The notes: a model not told the origin generated them from the sequence alone. A DNA stretch of 64,000 nt from Candidatus Iainarchaeum sp. (GCA_030649735.1 JAUSFL010000008.1:32001-96000), one strand, 5' to 3'; positions 47,162 through 58,759 are shown, counted from the stretch's first letter. Numbers and translations: made by a program.

Positions 47162-47695
47162 TCAATGACTGTCTTTTTGCAGCTCAGAATCTTCTTCGTC
47201 TTCAATTTCGAATTCTTCTTCTTCGGTTTCAGTCGGCATTTCCTTGTCCGGCTCTTTATTTTCTTCAATGGCTTCTTCTTTTGCCGCTGCTTCCTTGTCT
47301 GCCGCTTTTTTTGCTTTCTTTTCCTTTTTCTTTGCGGTCTTTTTTGAGACTTTTTTTTCGGCTTTCTTTGAGCTTGCTGACTCTGTTTCCTTGATTGCGG
47401 TCAAGACCTTGCTTTTGCCAGAGTCTTGCACTGTAAGGAAAGACACTACGAAAGGCTTTCCGCAAACAGCTCCCAGTTCCAGGCCGCTTCCTTCGAAAAC
47501 AAAGCATGGAATTCCCGCAATTGTCGAGTATTCCTGCACGCGGGCCTTTTCTTCTTTTGGCGCATTCCTGCTGAAAACAATGAGTTCTGCATTTTGTGTC
47601 AAAAGAATTTTTTCAGACTGCTTGAAGCCAAAGGCCACTTTGCCTGTGTCTACAGCGCGCCTGATTTCCTTGCTAACTTCGCTCATGTCTGCCAT
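47162..47695 (-). CDS. rpl30e: 50S ribosomal protein eL30 with basic then acidic C-terminal extension
   Basis: AVDTGKV, ELGAVCGKPF. Confidence 0.94.
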   Translation of the reverse strand: MADMSEVSKEIRRAVDTGKVAFGFKQSEKILLTQNAELIVFSRNAPKEEKARVQEYSTIAGIPCFVFEGSGLELGAVCGKPFVVSFLTVQDSGKSKVLTAIKETESASSKKAEKKVSKKTAKKKEKKAKKAADKEAAAKEEAIEENKEPDKEMPTETEEEEFEIEDEEDSELQKDSH

Positions 47696-47816
47696 AAAAA
47701 AAACCACGGTTTAAAGCAAAAAACTAATTCATTGAAAGAATTAGCTGGTTGGTAAAGTATTATTTCTGCAAAACTTTTAAAAAACAAATAAGCCTTTTTC
47801 CCCCAAAACCCCAATT

Positions 47817-49034
<1,218 letters not shown>

Positions 49035-51662
49035 TCATTTCTTTGACTCTCTTGTTTCTTTTGCCAGAATTTTTTCAACATTCAAGCTTTTGCCTTTCAC
49101 TGCCTTCATTGGGAAGACTGAATCTTCGCCGTAAACAAACTGTATCAGGTTCTTGTTCGCTGTCCTTACTGTCTCGTCATTGTCGACCATTAGGTCTTTC
49201 AATGAGTTTGCAAGGCGCCTGTACAGGTATCCTGAGACTTTTGTCGCGACTGAAGTGTCGACTTCTCCCTGCCTTCCACCCATGGAGTGCACGAAGAATT
49301 CCCTGATGTTAAGGCCTTGCACGAAGTTGTTTTGCACAAATCCGCCGGCAATTGCCCCAATGTCTCCTTTCCTGTTGATTGAGTTTAGGCGGCCCTTAAA
49401 TCCTCTTCTAGGCCTTCCTTCCCTGACTGAAACCTGCCCCAAAAACCCGGACATGTTTGTCAAGTTTAATGGGCTTCCTTTTGCCTTGCTCAAAATAATA
49501 ATTGCTGTATTGTAGTGCGGGGTTGTTGTTGTGAGAGTCTGCTCGATTTTTTCCTTCAGGATTAATTTTTCAATCTTGCTTCTCATTTTCGCTCCGACAA
49601 CCATCATTTTTGTTTCAAAGCTTTCTGGAAGAGTTTTTCCTGGAATTGACTCTAAAGTCCCTTTCTTGAATTCTTCAACAAGCTTTCCTGTTTCCTCAAG
49701 CTCTTCGGCAACAAGCTCTTCCCTTAATTTTTCAACGTTTTCTGAAGTTTGGTACTCGTCAATGCCTGCAGTCATTCCTTTTTTTGTGATTATATAAGGG
49801 GCCAGGCGGCACATTCCGCGGTAGAATTTTTCCAAGGCGTCAGGGCCGTAATCCCTGAAGATTGTGTCAACAACTGCGCCTTTTCTTTCGCCTAAGGCCG
49901 CGCTGTCAATGACTCCGGAACTTAATTTTCCGTTCTTTATTTTCACGAAAGCGTCAAAACCGCATGCTTCTTTCTTGCATTCCTTGCACAATCCAGACCT
50001 TTTGACAAGGCCGCACGCGTAGCTTTCGAATTCCAAGTTCAGGTCTTTTGGGAGCATTTGCGAGAAAATGAGCTTTCCTGAATAGTATTTTCCGTCAATG
50101 TCCGGCTCTGGAAGTTCTGAGAATCCCAAGTCGTAGAGAATTTTCATTGTTTCTTCCCTGTCGAATTTAGTGCTTGCCAAAGTCAATGTAAAGCAGCCTG
50201 AAACCATGTCTTCATCCATTACTATTACTGGGCCTCCGTGGCGCGGGCTTATAATCTGCCTTGAGCAAAGCATGAGGTTTTTTGCCTCTGCCTTTCCTTC
50301 TTCAGTCTGCGGGACATGAAGGTTCATTTCATCTCCGTCAAAGTCGGCGTTGTAAGGCTTGCATGCCGTTGGATTCAGCCTGAATGTTTTGTTGGGCATT
50401 ATTCTTGCGTAATGCGCCATCATTGAAATCCTGTGCAGTGAAGGCTGCCTGTTGAACAGTACGACATCCCCGTTCTGCAAGGTCCTTTCGACCTTGAATC
50501 CTGGAGCCAATTCTTCCTCGATTTCTTTCCTGTTTTCTTCATTGACTTTTTTCCTTTGCCCGTTTGGCCTTATTACATAAACAATATTGGTTTCTTCCTT
50601 GAGCATTTTTTTCATTGCTTTTTCATTCCATTCTGTAACGAATTCTGGAACAGTCAGTTCTTTGGCAATCAATTCTGGAACTCCAACTTCATCAATGCTT
50701 AGGTAGGGGTCTGGCGAGATTGTGGAGCGTGCTGCAAAATTGACTCTTTTTCCAGTCAAGTTGTATCTAAAGCGTCCGCGCTTTCCCTTGAGCCTTTGGA
50801 CTAAAGTGCGCAGTGCTCTTCCAGAGCGGTGCTTTGCCGGAGGAACTCCGGCAGTGTTGTTGTCAAAATAAGTGGTAACGTGGTATTGCAGCAAATCCCA
50901 CAAGTCTTCAATGATTAATTGCGGAGCGCCTGCTTCAATGTTGTCTTTCAATCTAATGTTGATTCTGATGATGTCAACCAATTTGTGCGTCAAGTCGTCT
51001 TCGCTTTTAATTCCAGATTCAAGTGTTATGGACGGGCGGATGTTGATTGGAGGCACTTGCAGTGTTGTCAGAACAAACCATTCTGGCCTGACTCTTTCTG
51101 AATTATACCCGAATAATTCCAGGTCTTTGCTTGGGATTTTTTCCATCCAGTCCCTGATTTGGGTTGGGTAAATCCTGTCCTTGTCGAGATAGAAGTTTGT
51201 TGGCTTGTCCAAAAGTACTTGCGGCCTTTCTCCAGAGCAGTGAGGGCATTTTTTTGCCTTTTTTGTTTTTATAAGAATTCTTTTACTAATGTCAATGCTT
51301 TCGTCATTCATCAAAGCCTTTAATTCATTGAGCTTTTCGTCAGAGAGTGCGATTCTTCCGCAGCTTTGGCAAGTCGCGTGCATTAATTCCTCGATTTTTT
51401 TCGAGAATTCTGAATGCGCGACTGGCCTTACAAGGTTCAAGTGTCCAAAGTGGCCTGGGCAGGTTTTCATTTGCTGTCCGCAAGTCTTGCACCTTAATCC
51501 CGGGTTAATGACTCCAAGGTGCGGGTCCATTAGTCCGCCTTCCATTGGGTATCCATCCTTATCGTAAGTCTCCGGAGTTTTTACTTCGAGAGCTGACATT
51601 TTCCTGATCATTTCAGGCCCTAAGACAGAAAACTCAATGTTTGCGATTTTCTTCAGAAGCAT
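49035..51662 (-). CDS. rpoA1: RNA polymerase subunit Rpo1N (A')
   Basis: CPGHFGH, NRQPSLH, NADFDGD. Confidence 0.98.
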   Translation of the reverse strand: MLLKKIANIEFSVLGPEMIRKMSALEVKTPETYDKDGYPMEGGLMDPHLGVINPGLRCKTCGQQMKTCPGHFGHLNLVRPVAHSEFSKKIEELMHATCQSCGRIALSDEKLNELKALMNDESIDISKRILIKTKKAKKCPHCSGERPQVLLDKPTNFYLDKDRIYPTQIRDWMEKIPSKDLELFGYNSERVRPEWFVLTTLQVPPINIRPSITLESGIKSEDDLTHKLVDIIRINIRLKDNIEAGAPQLIIEDLWDLLQYHVTTYFDNNTAGVPPAKHRSGRALRTLVQRLKGKRGRFRYNLTGKRVNFAARSTISPDPYLSIDEVGVPELIAKELTVPEFVTEWNEKAMKKMLKEETNIVYVIRPNGQRKKVNEENRKEIEEELAPGFKVERTLQNGDVVLFNRQPSLHRISMMAHYARIMPNKTFRLNPTACKPYNADFDGDEMNLHVPQTEEGKAEAKNLMLCSRQIISPRHGGPVIVMDEDMVSGCFTLTLASTKFDREETMKILYDLGFSELPEPDIDGKYYSGKLIFSQMLPKDLNLEFESYACGLVKRSGLCKECKKEACGFDAFVKIKNGKLSSGVIDSAALGERKGAVVDTIFRDYGPDALEKFYRGMCRLAPYIITKKGMTAGIDEYQTSENVEKLREELVAEELEETGKLVEEFKKGTLESIPGKTLPESFETKMMVVGAKMRSKIEKLILKEKIEQTLTTTTPHYNTAIIILSKAKGSPLNLTNMSGFLGQVSVREGRPRRGFKGRLNSINRKGDIGAIAGGFVQNNFVQGLNIREFFVHSMGGRQGEVDTSVATKVSGYLYRRLANSLKDLMVDNDETVRTANKNLIQFVYGEDSVFPMKAVKGKSLNVEKILAKETRESKK

Positions 51663-51910
51663 TATTTAGCACCCTTAACTTTTGCATTTTCTTTTTTTGT
51701 TTTAACTTTGCAACAAACACTTGCAATTACATAAGCGATAATTCCCGCGATTAATGAAATGATTATTACTGCGACAGTATCCCAGTAACTTCCGCAAGGC
51801 ATTCCTTGAGCTACGCATAGTTTCATGGTCAATGGCAAGGTGAGGAAAAATGCTATTATGAAAACAACTATTCCAACAATGACATTTCCTTTTCTCGGTT
51901 TTAAATCCAT
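51662..51910 (-). CDS. Small 2-TM membrane protein inside the RNAP operon
   Basis: 82 aa, two hydrophobic helices, CxxxxxxC loop, basic tail; stop overlaps the rpoA1 ATG. Confidence 0.7.
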   Translation of the reverse strand: MDLKPRKGNVIVGIVVFIIAFFLTLPLTMKLCVAQGMPCGSYWDTVAVIIISLIAGIIAYVIASVCCKVKTKKENAKVKGAK

Positions 51911-51913
51911 TTT

Positions 51914-53734
51914 TTACACCTTGTCCGTGATGTTGATTTTTGGCATTATTCCCAAAGCCTTTAATTCATCTAAGAGTAATTTGAATCCGTAAGCCATTTC
52001 TACAGGGTATACTTTTGATGAATTGCAGATTGGGCAGTATTTCTTGTTCCTGATGTGGTCGTTGATTGCGATTACTCCGCATTTTTCGCAGACTAATTCT
52101 GTGACTTTGTCAGAGTCTTCAATGAATTTTTCCTGCAATAGCATTGCCGCTCCGTGGCCTACAAGTGTTTCTCCTTCCATTTCTCCAAACCTTAAGCCGC
52201 CTTCTTTTTCTTTTCCTTCAGTTGGCTGGCGGGTGAGCATTTGCACCGGGCCTCTGGACCTTGCCTGCATTTTGTGCGCTACCATGTGGAATAGTCTCCT
52301 GTAAGAGATTACTCCGACAAAAATTTCTCCGTCCATTTTTTTTCCAGAAATTCCATCATAGAACACTTCTTTTCCGTCGCTTCTGAAGCCGTGCTCAAGC
52401 AAAATTTTTCTCAATTCTTTTTCTTTCACGTTGTCAAAGCCTGTTCCGTCAATTGTTTCTGCTGAAAGCGCGCCTGCTTTTCCGGCAAGCATTTCCAATA
52501 AGTGCCCAATTGTCATTCTTGATGGGACTGAGTGAGGGTTCATTATCAAGTCTGGCCTTAATCCAGTTTCTGTGAATGGCATGTCTTCTTCTGGAATTAG
52601 CGCTCCGCAGACTCCTTTCTGCCCGTGCTTGCTTGCGAACTTGTCTCCGGGCTCTGGAATCATTTCTCCGCGGATTTTGATTTTTACTAGCTTGTTTCCT
52701 GACTCGCCCTCAGTGACCATTACTTTGTCAATATATCCCGGCTTTCCTTTCCTGATGCCTACAGAGCTTTCGCGCCTTTTTTCCTGGATGATTCCAAATT
52801 CTGAAACTTCTTCCAAAAACCTTGGAGGGCTTGTCCTTCCAATAATAATTTCTTTTTCCTTGACGTACTGTTCCAGTTCTGCAAGGCCGTCTTCTCCCAA
52901 GTGATTGTATGCTTCAGGCCCCATTTGGCCTATTGTTTCTTCTTTTGGAACTTCAAACTTGTCGACTTGCCCGCCAGGATACCTGATTTCTTCGGCTTCG
53001 TAGCTTCTATAGTATGCTGAACGCCCAAGGCCCCTGTCTATGGAACCTTTGTTCAATACTGCGGCATCAAGCGAGTTGAATCCGTAAAATGGCAGTATTG
53101 CGACAACAAAGTTTTGCGCCTGCGGCCTTTCCGCAATGTGCAATAAATCCATTGTTTTTGTTGTGACTATTTCTTTTTGCGGGTAATACAATAAGTGCGC
53201 TTCAGTGTCGCTTCTCAAGTTATAATTGATTGCTCCAAGCCCGAGCGCTTGCTTTGCCATTTTTGCCCCGTGCAATGACCTTCCTGAAAGATTGTGCTCT
53301 ACGTAAGGAATCATTGAACTGATGATTGAGAGTGCTGCAATTCCTGAAATTTCCAAGTGAGTGTGCTCTTTGGTCAATTCTTTTTCTTCTGCAGCAACCA
53401 ATGCGTTTTCTTCCTCTTCAGAATCCAAGTATTCGACAAATCCCTTGTTTACCAAGTCTTGCCAGACGATTTTTCCGTCCTTGATTTGCTTTACAATGTC
53501 TTCTGTTATTTTTGGCGCTGCGCCTTCAACAACAATCAATGGCCTTTGGACCCTGCCTGAATCAGTGTTGATGTAAATTTCATTGGTGTCTTCGTGGAGT
53601 GCAATGTTTACTTGCTGGTCGATTTTTCCCTGCCTTCTTTTTTTGACCAAGTCTTTGACCAAGTCCTGGGGCTCTCTGTGGAAGCCAATCAATCTTCCGT
53701 TGATGAAAACTTTTGCTTTTTCTCCAATTGCCAT
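51914..53734 (-). CDS. rpoB1: RNA polymerase subunit Rpo2C (B')
   Basis: GDKFAS.HGQKG, NPH..PSRMT, GGLRFGEME, Zn ribbon. Confidence 0.97.
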   Translation of the reverse strand: MAIGEKAKVFINGRLIGFHREPQDLVKDLVKKRRQGKIDQQVNIALHEDTNEIYINTDSGRVQRPLIVVEGAAPKITEDIVKQIKDGKIVWQDLVNKGFVEYLDSEEEENALVAAEEKELTKEHTHLEISGIAALSIISSMIPYVEHNLSGRSLHGAKMAKQALGLGAINYNLRSDTEAHLLYYPQKEIVTTKTMDLLHIAERPQAQNFVVAILPFYGFNSLDAAVLNKGSIDRGLGRSAYYRSYEAEEIRYPGGQVDKFEVPKEETIGQMGPEAYNHLGEDGLAELEQYVKEKEIIIGRTSPPRFLEEVSEFGIIQEKRRESSVGIRKGKPGYIDKVMVTEGESGNKLVKIKIRGEMIPEPGDKFASKHGQKGVCGALIPEEDMPFTETGLRPDLIMNPHSVPSRMTIGHLLEMLAGKAGALSAETIDGTGFDNVKEKELRKILLEHGFRSDGKEVFYDGISGKKMDGEIFVGVISYRRLFHMVAHKMQARSRGPVQMLTRQPTEGKEKEGGLRFGEMEGETLVGHGAAMLLQEKFIEDSDKVTELVCEKCGVIAINDHIRNKKYCPICNSSKVYPVEMAYGFKLLLDELKALGIMPKINITDKV

Positions 53735-53751
53735 AAGCGCACCTTAAAAAA

Positions 53752-55218
53752 TTATTTTAATTTCACTCCCATTTCCCTGAGCATTTTTTCAACTGGCTCT
53801 TCGCTTGATTCAGTGGTCACTTCAGCCATTAACGCCAAGTTTTTTACCAGGCCGCATTGCGGTCCGTCTGGAGTTTCTATTGGGCAGAGTCTTCCAAAGT
53901 GAGTTCCGTGGACATCTCTTGCCTCGTAAAGTTCGCGGTTTTTGTCCAATGGGCTTTTTACTTTTCTCAAATCAGTCAATGGCGCCAAGTAGTTTACGCG
54001 ATCCATGAATTTTGAGACTCCTGTAGCTCTTCCAATCCAATTGCCTGTGCTCATTGCAAACTTTATTCTTTCAGTTACTGCTCCAGGCCTTACGATTGTT
54101 GAAATATTCAATTTTCTCCTTCTAGTAATAGTCCTATCAATTTGGAACTTCAGGTCTTTCACAAAGTACTTGAAAGAATACCTGAACAAGTGCTCCATTA
54201 ATTTTCCTGAAAGCTCGAGCCTTTTGTTCGCGTAATGGTCCTTGTCGTCCTGTCCTCTGAGCTTGTAAGAGCGTTCAACGGCTTTTGTCGCCATCATTGT
54301 CAGATAGTATGCTTTTGCCAATCTGTCTTCTGGCTTTTGCCCAATGTGCGGCAATAGGAAAGCATCAATTACTTCCTGCGCCCTGCGCAATCTATAATCT
54401 ATTACTTGCCCTGGAGCAACATATTTTCCAATCCGGTCCAAGGCTTCTTCCTGGTCTTTGACCATTAATTGCTCAAGGTTTAATGCAACATCATTCTTGA
54501 TTTCAATTCTTTCATCAAAAGCGTCAGTGATTTCCTTGTCTGAATTCAATCCCAAAGCCTTCAAAAGCGTGAACAGCCTTAGTTTGCGCGGTGATGCTGG
54601 AAAAGAAACTGCAAGCATTCCGTCAGGGCTTCTTTGAATCCTGACCCTGCCTTTGAAAGCGCCTTTTGTGGAAATTACTTCCGCAATGATTTTTTCCTGC
54701 GCTTGCTCGCTGACCAAAACCCTGTCTGAAGCCAGGACTTCCTGAGTCATAAGGGCCTTTTCAGAGCCGTTAATGATAAAGTATCCGCCGAAATCTTTCG
54801 GGTCTTCGCCGACTTCAATCAATTCTTCTTCTGTCTTGTTTTCAAGCCAGCACCTGTTTGATTTCAGCATTATTGGCAGTTCGCCAATGTAAGTTTTTTT
54901 CACGTCTTGCTCGACGTCTCTTCTTGAAAGCCTCATTGTCAAATAGATTGGAGCGCTGTAAGTCCTGTTTCTCATTCTGGCTTCCATTGGGGAAATTACC
55001 CTTGGAGAGCCGTCTGCTTCAGTGAGCTTTGGCTTTTGGATTTCAATGTCTGAAAGCTCGATTTTTACTTCTTCAATTTTTGGAATGATTTGCTTGTTCT
55101 CTTCAACAATGTCTTTCAGCTTCCAGTCCACGAACTGGTTGAAGGAGTTTATTTCCATTTGCGCAAAATTCCTGTTTTTAAAGTATGCCTGGATTATTGG
55201 CCAAGTTTTTAGTGCCAT
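53752..55218 (-). CDS. rpoB2: RNA polymerase subunit Rpo2N (B'')
   Basis: GGYFIINGSE, DKDHYANKRL, CPIETP.G..CGLVKNL. Confidence 0.97.
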   Translation of the reverse strand: MALKTWPIIQAYFKNRNFAQMEINSFNQFVDWKLKDIVEENKQIIPKIEEVKIELSDIEIQKPKLTEADGSPRVISPMEARMRNRTYSAPIYLTMRLSRRDVEQDVKKTYIGELPIMLKSNRCWLENKTEEELIEVGEDPKDFGGYFIINGSEKALMTQEVLASDRVLVSEQAQEKIIAEVISTKGAFKGRVRIQRSPDGMLAVSFPASPRKLRLFTLLKALGLNSDKEITDAFDERIEIKNDVALNLEQLMVKDQEEALDRIGKYVAPGQVIDYRLRRAQEVIDAFLLPHIGQKPEDRLAKAYYLTMMATKAVERSYKLRGQDDKDHYANKRLELSGKLMEHLFRYSFKYFVKDLKFQIDRTITRRRKLNISTIVRPGAVTERIKFAMSTGNWIGRATGVSKFMDRVNYLAPLTDLRKVKSPLDKNRELYEARDVHGTHFGRLCPIETPDGPQCGLVKNLALMAEVTTESSEEPVEKMLREMGVKLK

Positions 55219-55219
55219 T

Positions 55220-55453
55220 TTAGACCACAATCCTGAAGTATGTCGCTTTTCCAGCAGTCCTGCTGTTTCGGATTATTTTGATCAAGTCGCCTTTTTTTGC
55301 GCCGATTTCTTCAATCATTGGATCGTCGCGCAGAATTTGAGGGAATTTTTTAGCGTCAGCGCCGTATTTTGCAAGTATTTCTTGGGCTTTTTCCGCGGGA
55401 ATTATCTCGTGCCTTGGAACAAGTAGATTTTCTGAAAGTGTTTTCAAACCCAA
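55220..55453 (-). CDS. rpoH: RNA polymerase subunit Rpo5 (H)
   Basis: LVPRHEI, PQI..DDP, GDLIKIIR.S.TAG. Confidence 0.96.
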   Translation of the reverse strand: MGLKTLSENLLVPRHEIIPAEKAQEILAKYGADAKKFPQILRDDPMIEEIGAKKGDLIKIIRNSRTAGKATYFRIVV

Positions 55454-55730
55454 AATTTCACCTGCTTAGTGAAAAACCACTCTGGTGCTGGGGATTGTTT
55501 CTCAATTGCCAAATCTTTGGTGCTGATAGCTGTCTTGAGCGCGGATTACAATTCAAGGCTTAGGCTTAACATTAAATTTACACCGTTTCTTTGGCTGAGA
55601 AATCGATAAGGGTGGTTTTTAGTTAATTAACATAAGAAAACGTTTTAAAACTATTGTCGAAGCCTGCAAAAAGCCTTGAAAACCATTGGTTATTGAAAAA
55701 ACTTATTAAACTGCCTTGCCTGATTTTCTA

Positions 55731-57182
55731 ATGCCTTTCAAGGAAAAGCTTGGCTTGTTTGACACCACTAATTTGGTGATTGGGGCAGTAATAGGTTCTG
55801 ACATTTATGTAGCAACTTATTTTGGCATGAATCAATTAGGGCCTTCAAGCATTTTGGTCTGGATTGTTGCGGGAATTTTTGCAATCATTACCGCATTGGC
55901 TTTTGCGCAGTGCGCGCGTTCTGTAAAAAAAGTCGGCGGGCCTTACGCCTTTGTAAAGCAGGCCTTTGGGCATTTTCCTGCATTCATTTCGGGCTGGCTT
56001 TTGTGGCTTGCAGAGCTTGCCGGGCTTTGCGTCTTTCCCCTTGCTTTTGTGACTTACTTGCAATTCTTCATTCCTTTGGATTTTATTGCGCGAACTGCAG
56101 TGATTGGGTTGTTCATTTGCTTTCTTTTCTTCACGAACTATTTTGGAATCAAAAAGGCTGCGCACACCAATGACATTTTCACTATTGTAAAGCTTTTTCC
56201 ATTGCTTTTGATAATGCTTTTGGGGCTTTTTTTGGTTTTCTTCCGGCCTTCGCAAGTTTTCGCAAATTTCATGCCTTTCATGCCTTTCGGGTTTTCTGGA
56301 TTTGGAGAATCATTAGTCTTGATTTTTTGGGCTTTTGTTGGATTTGAAATTGCAACAATTCCCGCGGGGGAAATAAGAAATCCTGGAAAAACAATCCCAA
56401 AGGCAATAATGATTGGAATGATCATAGTCACTGTCTTTTACTTGCTGACTAATCTTTCCTTGATTGCCATTGCTGGAATGCAATTGGCGGAGCATGATGC
56501 TCCATTGGCTTTTGCGGCTTCTTTAATGCTTGGAAGCATTGGCGCTTTAGTCATTGCAGTCGGGGCCTTGGTTTCTGTCTCTGGAAGCGATGAAAGCAAT
56601 TTGATTGGGACTGTTCGCTTGGGATATGCCTTGGCTGCTGATGGCTATTTTCCAAAGCAAATGGCAAAATTGCATCCAAAATACGCAAGCCCTTATGTTT
56701 CTCTAATTGTCCACAGTATTTTGGCTTTCATTCTCACTGCGTTTTTTTCAATAAAGCAGTTCATTATTTTTTCAACATTCAATTTTGCATTGGTGTATTT
56801 GCTGGTGACTTTTTCTGCCTTCAGGATTGGCGGAGCCAAAAACCTTTTCGAGAAGGCAGTGCTTTATGCCAGTTCCTTGATTTGCCTTTATTTGCTCGCC
56901 AACATTGGAATCAATGAATTCCTTGCGGGAATAGCGTGCATTGCGTTTGCAGTCGTGATTTATCCTTTCTTTTCAAAGCAAGAGTTAAAGGACGAGAAAA
57001 AGTTCTTTTTCAGGGAAGAGCACGTGCTTTACAGGATGGTAAGGCATGAAGAGTCTTTTTTGGCAAATGCTTTCAAGCATTTTAAAATTCTCGCGCGAAA
57101 GCTCCTTGGCTTGAAGCATGCGCATTCCTTGAGGGAAAGGCCTCACTCGCATTCTGGCAGAAAGTTTGCGGTAAAATTCTGA
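55731..57182 (+). CDS. APC-family amino acid permease
   Basis: IGAVIGSDI, GGPYAF, WAFVGFE, A.DGYFP; ~12 TMs. Confidence 0.92.
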   Translation: MPFKEKLGLFDTTNLVIGAVIGSDIYVATYFGMNQLGPSSILVWIVAGIFAIITALAFAQCARSVKKVGGPYAFVKQAFGHFPAFISGWLLWLAELAGLCVFPLAFVTYLQFFIPLDFIARTAVIGLFICFLFFTNYFGIKKAAHTNDIFTIVKLFPLLLIMLLGLFLVFFRPSQVFANFMPFMPFGFSGFGESLVLIFWAFVGFEIATIPAGEIRNPGKTIPKAIMIGMIIVTVFYLLTNLSLIAIAGMQLAEHDAPLAFAASLMLGSIGALVIAVGALVSVSGSDESNLIGTVRLGYALAADGYFPKQMAKLHPKYASPYVSLIVHSILAFILTAFFSIKQFIIFSTFNFALVYLLVTFSAFRIGGAKNLFEKAVLYASSLICLYLLANIGINEFLAGIACIAFAVVIYPFFSKQELKDEKKFFFREEHVLYRMVRHEESFLANAFKHFKILARKLLGLKHAHSLRERPHSHSGRKFAVKF

Positions 57183-57224
57183 ATTTCTAAAAAGCTTTAA
57201 AACGACTTTAGACATTGATTAATC

Positions 57225-57710
57225 ATGCATAGGCCTTTTAGGAAGACTCCTTTGAAAAAGAGAGTCTTGAAATACACCATTAAAGTCCAGAAAGAATGGC
57301 CTGACAAGACAGCGCATCTTCCGGGCCGCTTGGCGCTTTCAGAAAGAGCGGGCTATTTTCGCGGCTTGACTGGCATGCTTGTCAAGGATGAAGTTCTTGC
57401 TTATCTCTTGCTTGACTACCATAATTCTCCAGAAAAAATAGTCCAGGACATTCAAAAGCACGTTGCCAATGTCACGAAAGGCAATATTCCGCGCGCTATC
57501 CATTACATTGATGATACAATCCGCAGAGTGCGTGACGCCAGCGTTCAAAATCCCACTTCATTGGTTTTGCAAAGAATGGCGCGAATTAAGGGCTTGAGCG
57601 AGAAGGATTCTGAAAAGTACGCTCAGCAAATTGGCCATTTGATAAACTACCAGACAAGCGAAATAATCTCGACTTTAGAAATTTGCAAAATGCGCCTTCA
57701 AAGAAAATAA
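57225..57710 (+). CDS. Basic hypothetical protein
   Basis: ATG ~23 nt after TTTAAAA; no family recognised. Confidence 0.65.
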   Translation: MHRPFRKTPLKKRVLKYTIKVQKEWPDKTAHLPGRLALSERAGYFRGLTGMLVKDEVLAYLLLDYHNSPEKIVQDIQKHVANVTKGNIPRAIHYIDDTIRRVRDASVQNPTSLVLQRMARIKGLSEKDSEKYAQQIGHLINYQTSEIISTLEICKMRLQRK

Positions 57711-57722
57711 AGAAAGAAAAAG

Positions 57723-57752
57723 AAAAAACCCAGGTTTGCTGGGTTTTTTTTT
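57723..57752. terminator. Bidirectional hairpin terminator between convergent genes
   Basis: AAAAAACCCAG-gtttg-CTGGGTTTTTT with A/T tracts on both sides. Confidence 0.7.
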
Positions 57753-57754
57753 AA

Positions 57755-58759
57755 TTATTGATCTGTTCGAACTATTCTAATTGAATACAGTCCTTTTTCG
57801 TTAATTCCCAATTCCAATCTTTGAGAGCCGGTATCAACGCCATTAGGCAAGTATTGGAAATTTCCGCTTTCCCGCAGAGTGAACTTTCCTGAGCTTCCAT
57901 CACTTGAAATTGCAGTCAGCCCTAAGTATAGGCTTTTTCCAGCATATGCTCCTGCGCCTCTAACACCGAAAGACCCTCCATTTGTATTTAACTCAACCAA
58001 TTCATTAGAGTCTGAATTTTGGAGATTGATTTTTGCATATCCTGAAGTTGATCCTGTTGCGACAATGTCAATTACAGTTACTGTAGTCTCCATTAAATCA
58101 GTTCCATTGTCTGCTGTAAAATCCAGGTCTCCTTTTCCTTGGACAACTGTAGATATTAGAAAGTTACAGTGGCCTTCTCCAGAAACTGTTATTGAGTTTG
58201 ATGTTATTTCGCACAAAGTAAGTGCCCTTTGATTATCAATGAAGTATTGCTCATCGTCTTCTCCAGTGTCCTTGAACAGTTTTATTTCTGGATTGAAGTT
58301 CCATCTTTGTTCTTTTTCAGCATAAGCTGTAGATTGTGTTACATCGTAATAGTCATTGTCCAGTTTTTCACTCAAGACTTTGTTTTTGATTAATACTATT
58401 TTTATTGTTTGCGAGCTTGTCAGCATTACTTCTGCCCCGTTGTAAAAGTAATTGTTTTTGTATGCATTAATTGCATATTTTGACTGAGGCAATGTGAAGC
58501 TAACTGTTCCGTCAGCGCCTGTTTTTTGGCCTGCGTCAAGGTTTCCGCTCAAATTTGCCCACCTAAGACTTTCTCCAAGCTGGTTAATGTTAGAGCTTAG
58601 CGTGTAGTTTGTGTAAACATTCACTGTTGCGCCGTCAATTGGGACTCCTGCCTCGTCAACGACGTTAATTGTCAAAGTGTTCAGGCTTTGGTTTGTGCAA
58701 CCGAACAAGAACAATCCCGCAAGCAAAAGCAGCGGAAGTATCAAAATTTTTTTCTGCAT
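57755..58759 (-). CDS. Surface lipoprotein with carboxypeptidase-regulatory-like domain
   Basis: LFLFGC lipobox; VVDEAGVPIDGATV...TGADG; beta-rich C-terminus. Confidence 0.75.
   Translation of the reverse strand: MQKKILILPLLLLAGLFLFGCTNQSLNTLTINVVDEAGVPIDGATVNVYTNYTLSSNINQLGESLRWANLSGNLDAGQKTGADGTVSFTLPQSKYAINAYKNNYFYNGAEVMLTSSQTIKIVLIKNKVLSEKLDNDYYDVTQSTAYAEKEQRWNFNPEIKLFKDTGEDDEQYFIDNQRALTLCEITSNSITVSGEGHCNFLISTVVQGKGDLDFTADNGTDLMETTVTVIDIVATGSTSGYAKINLQNSDSNELVELNTNGGSFGVRGAGAYAGKSLYLGLTAISSDGSSGKFTLRESGNFQYLPNGVDTGSQRLELGINEKGLYSIRIVRTDQ

Noticed and set aside
51914-55218. Split rpoB as a possible frameshift or pseudogene
   Set aside because: The B''/B' split is a known archaeal arrangement; B' has its own RBS and start
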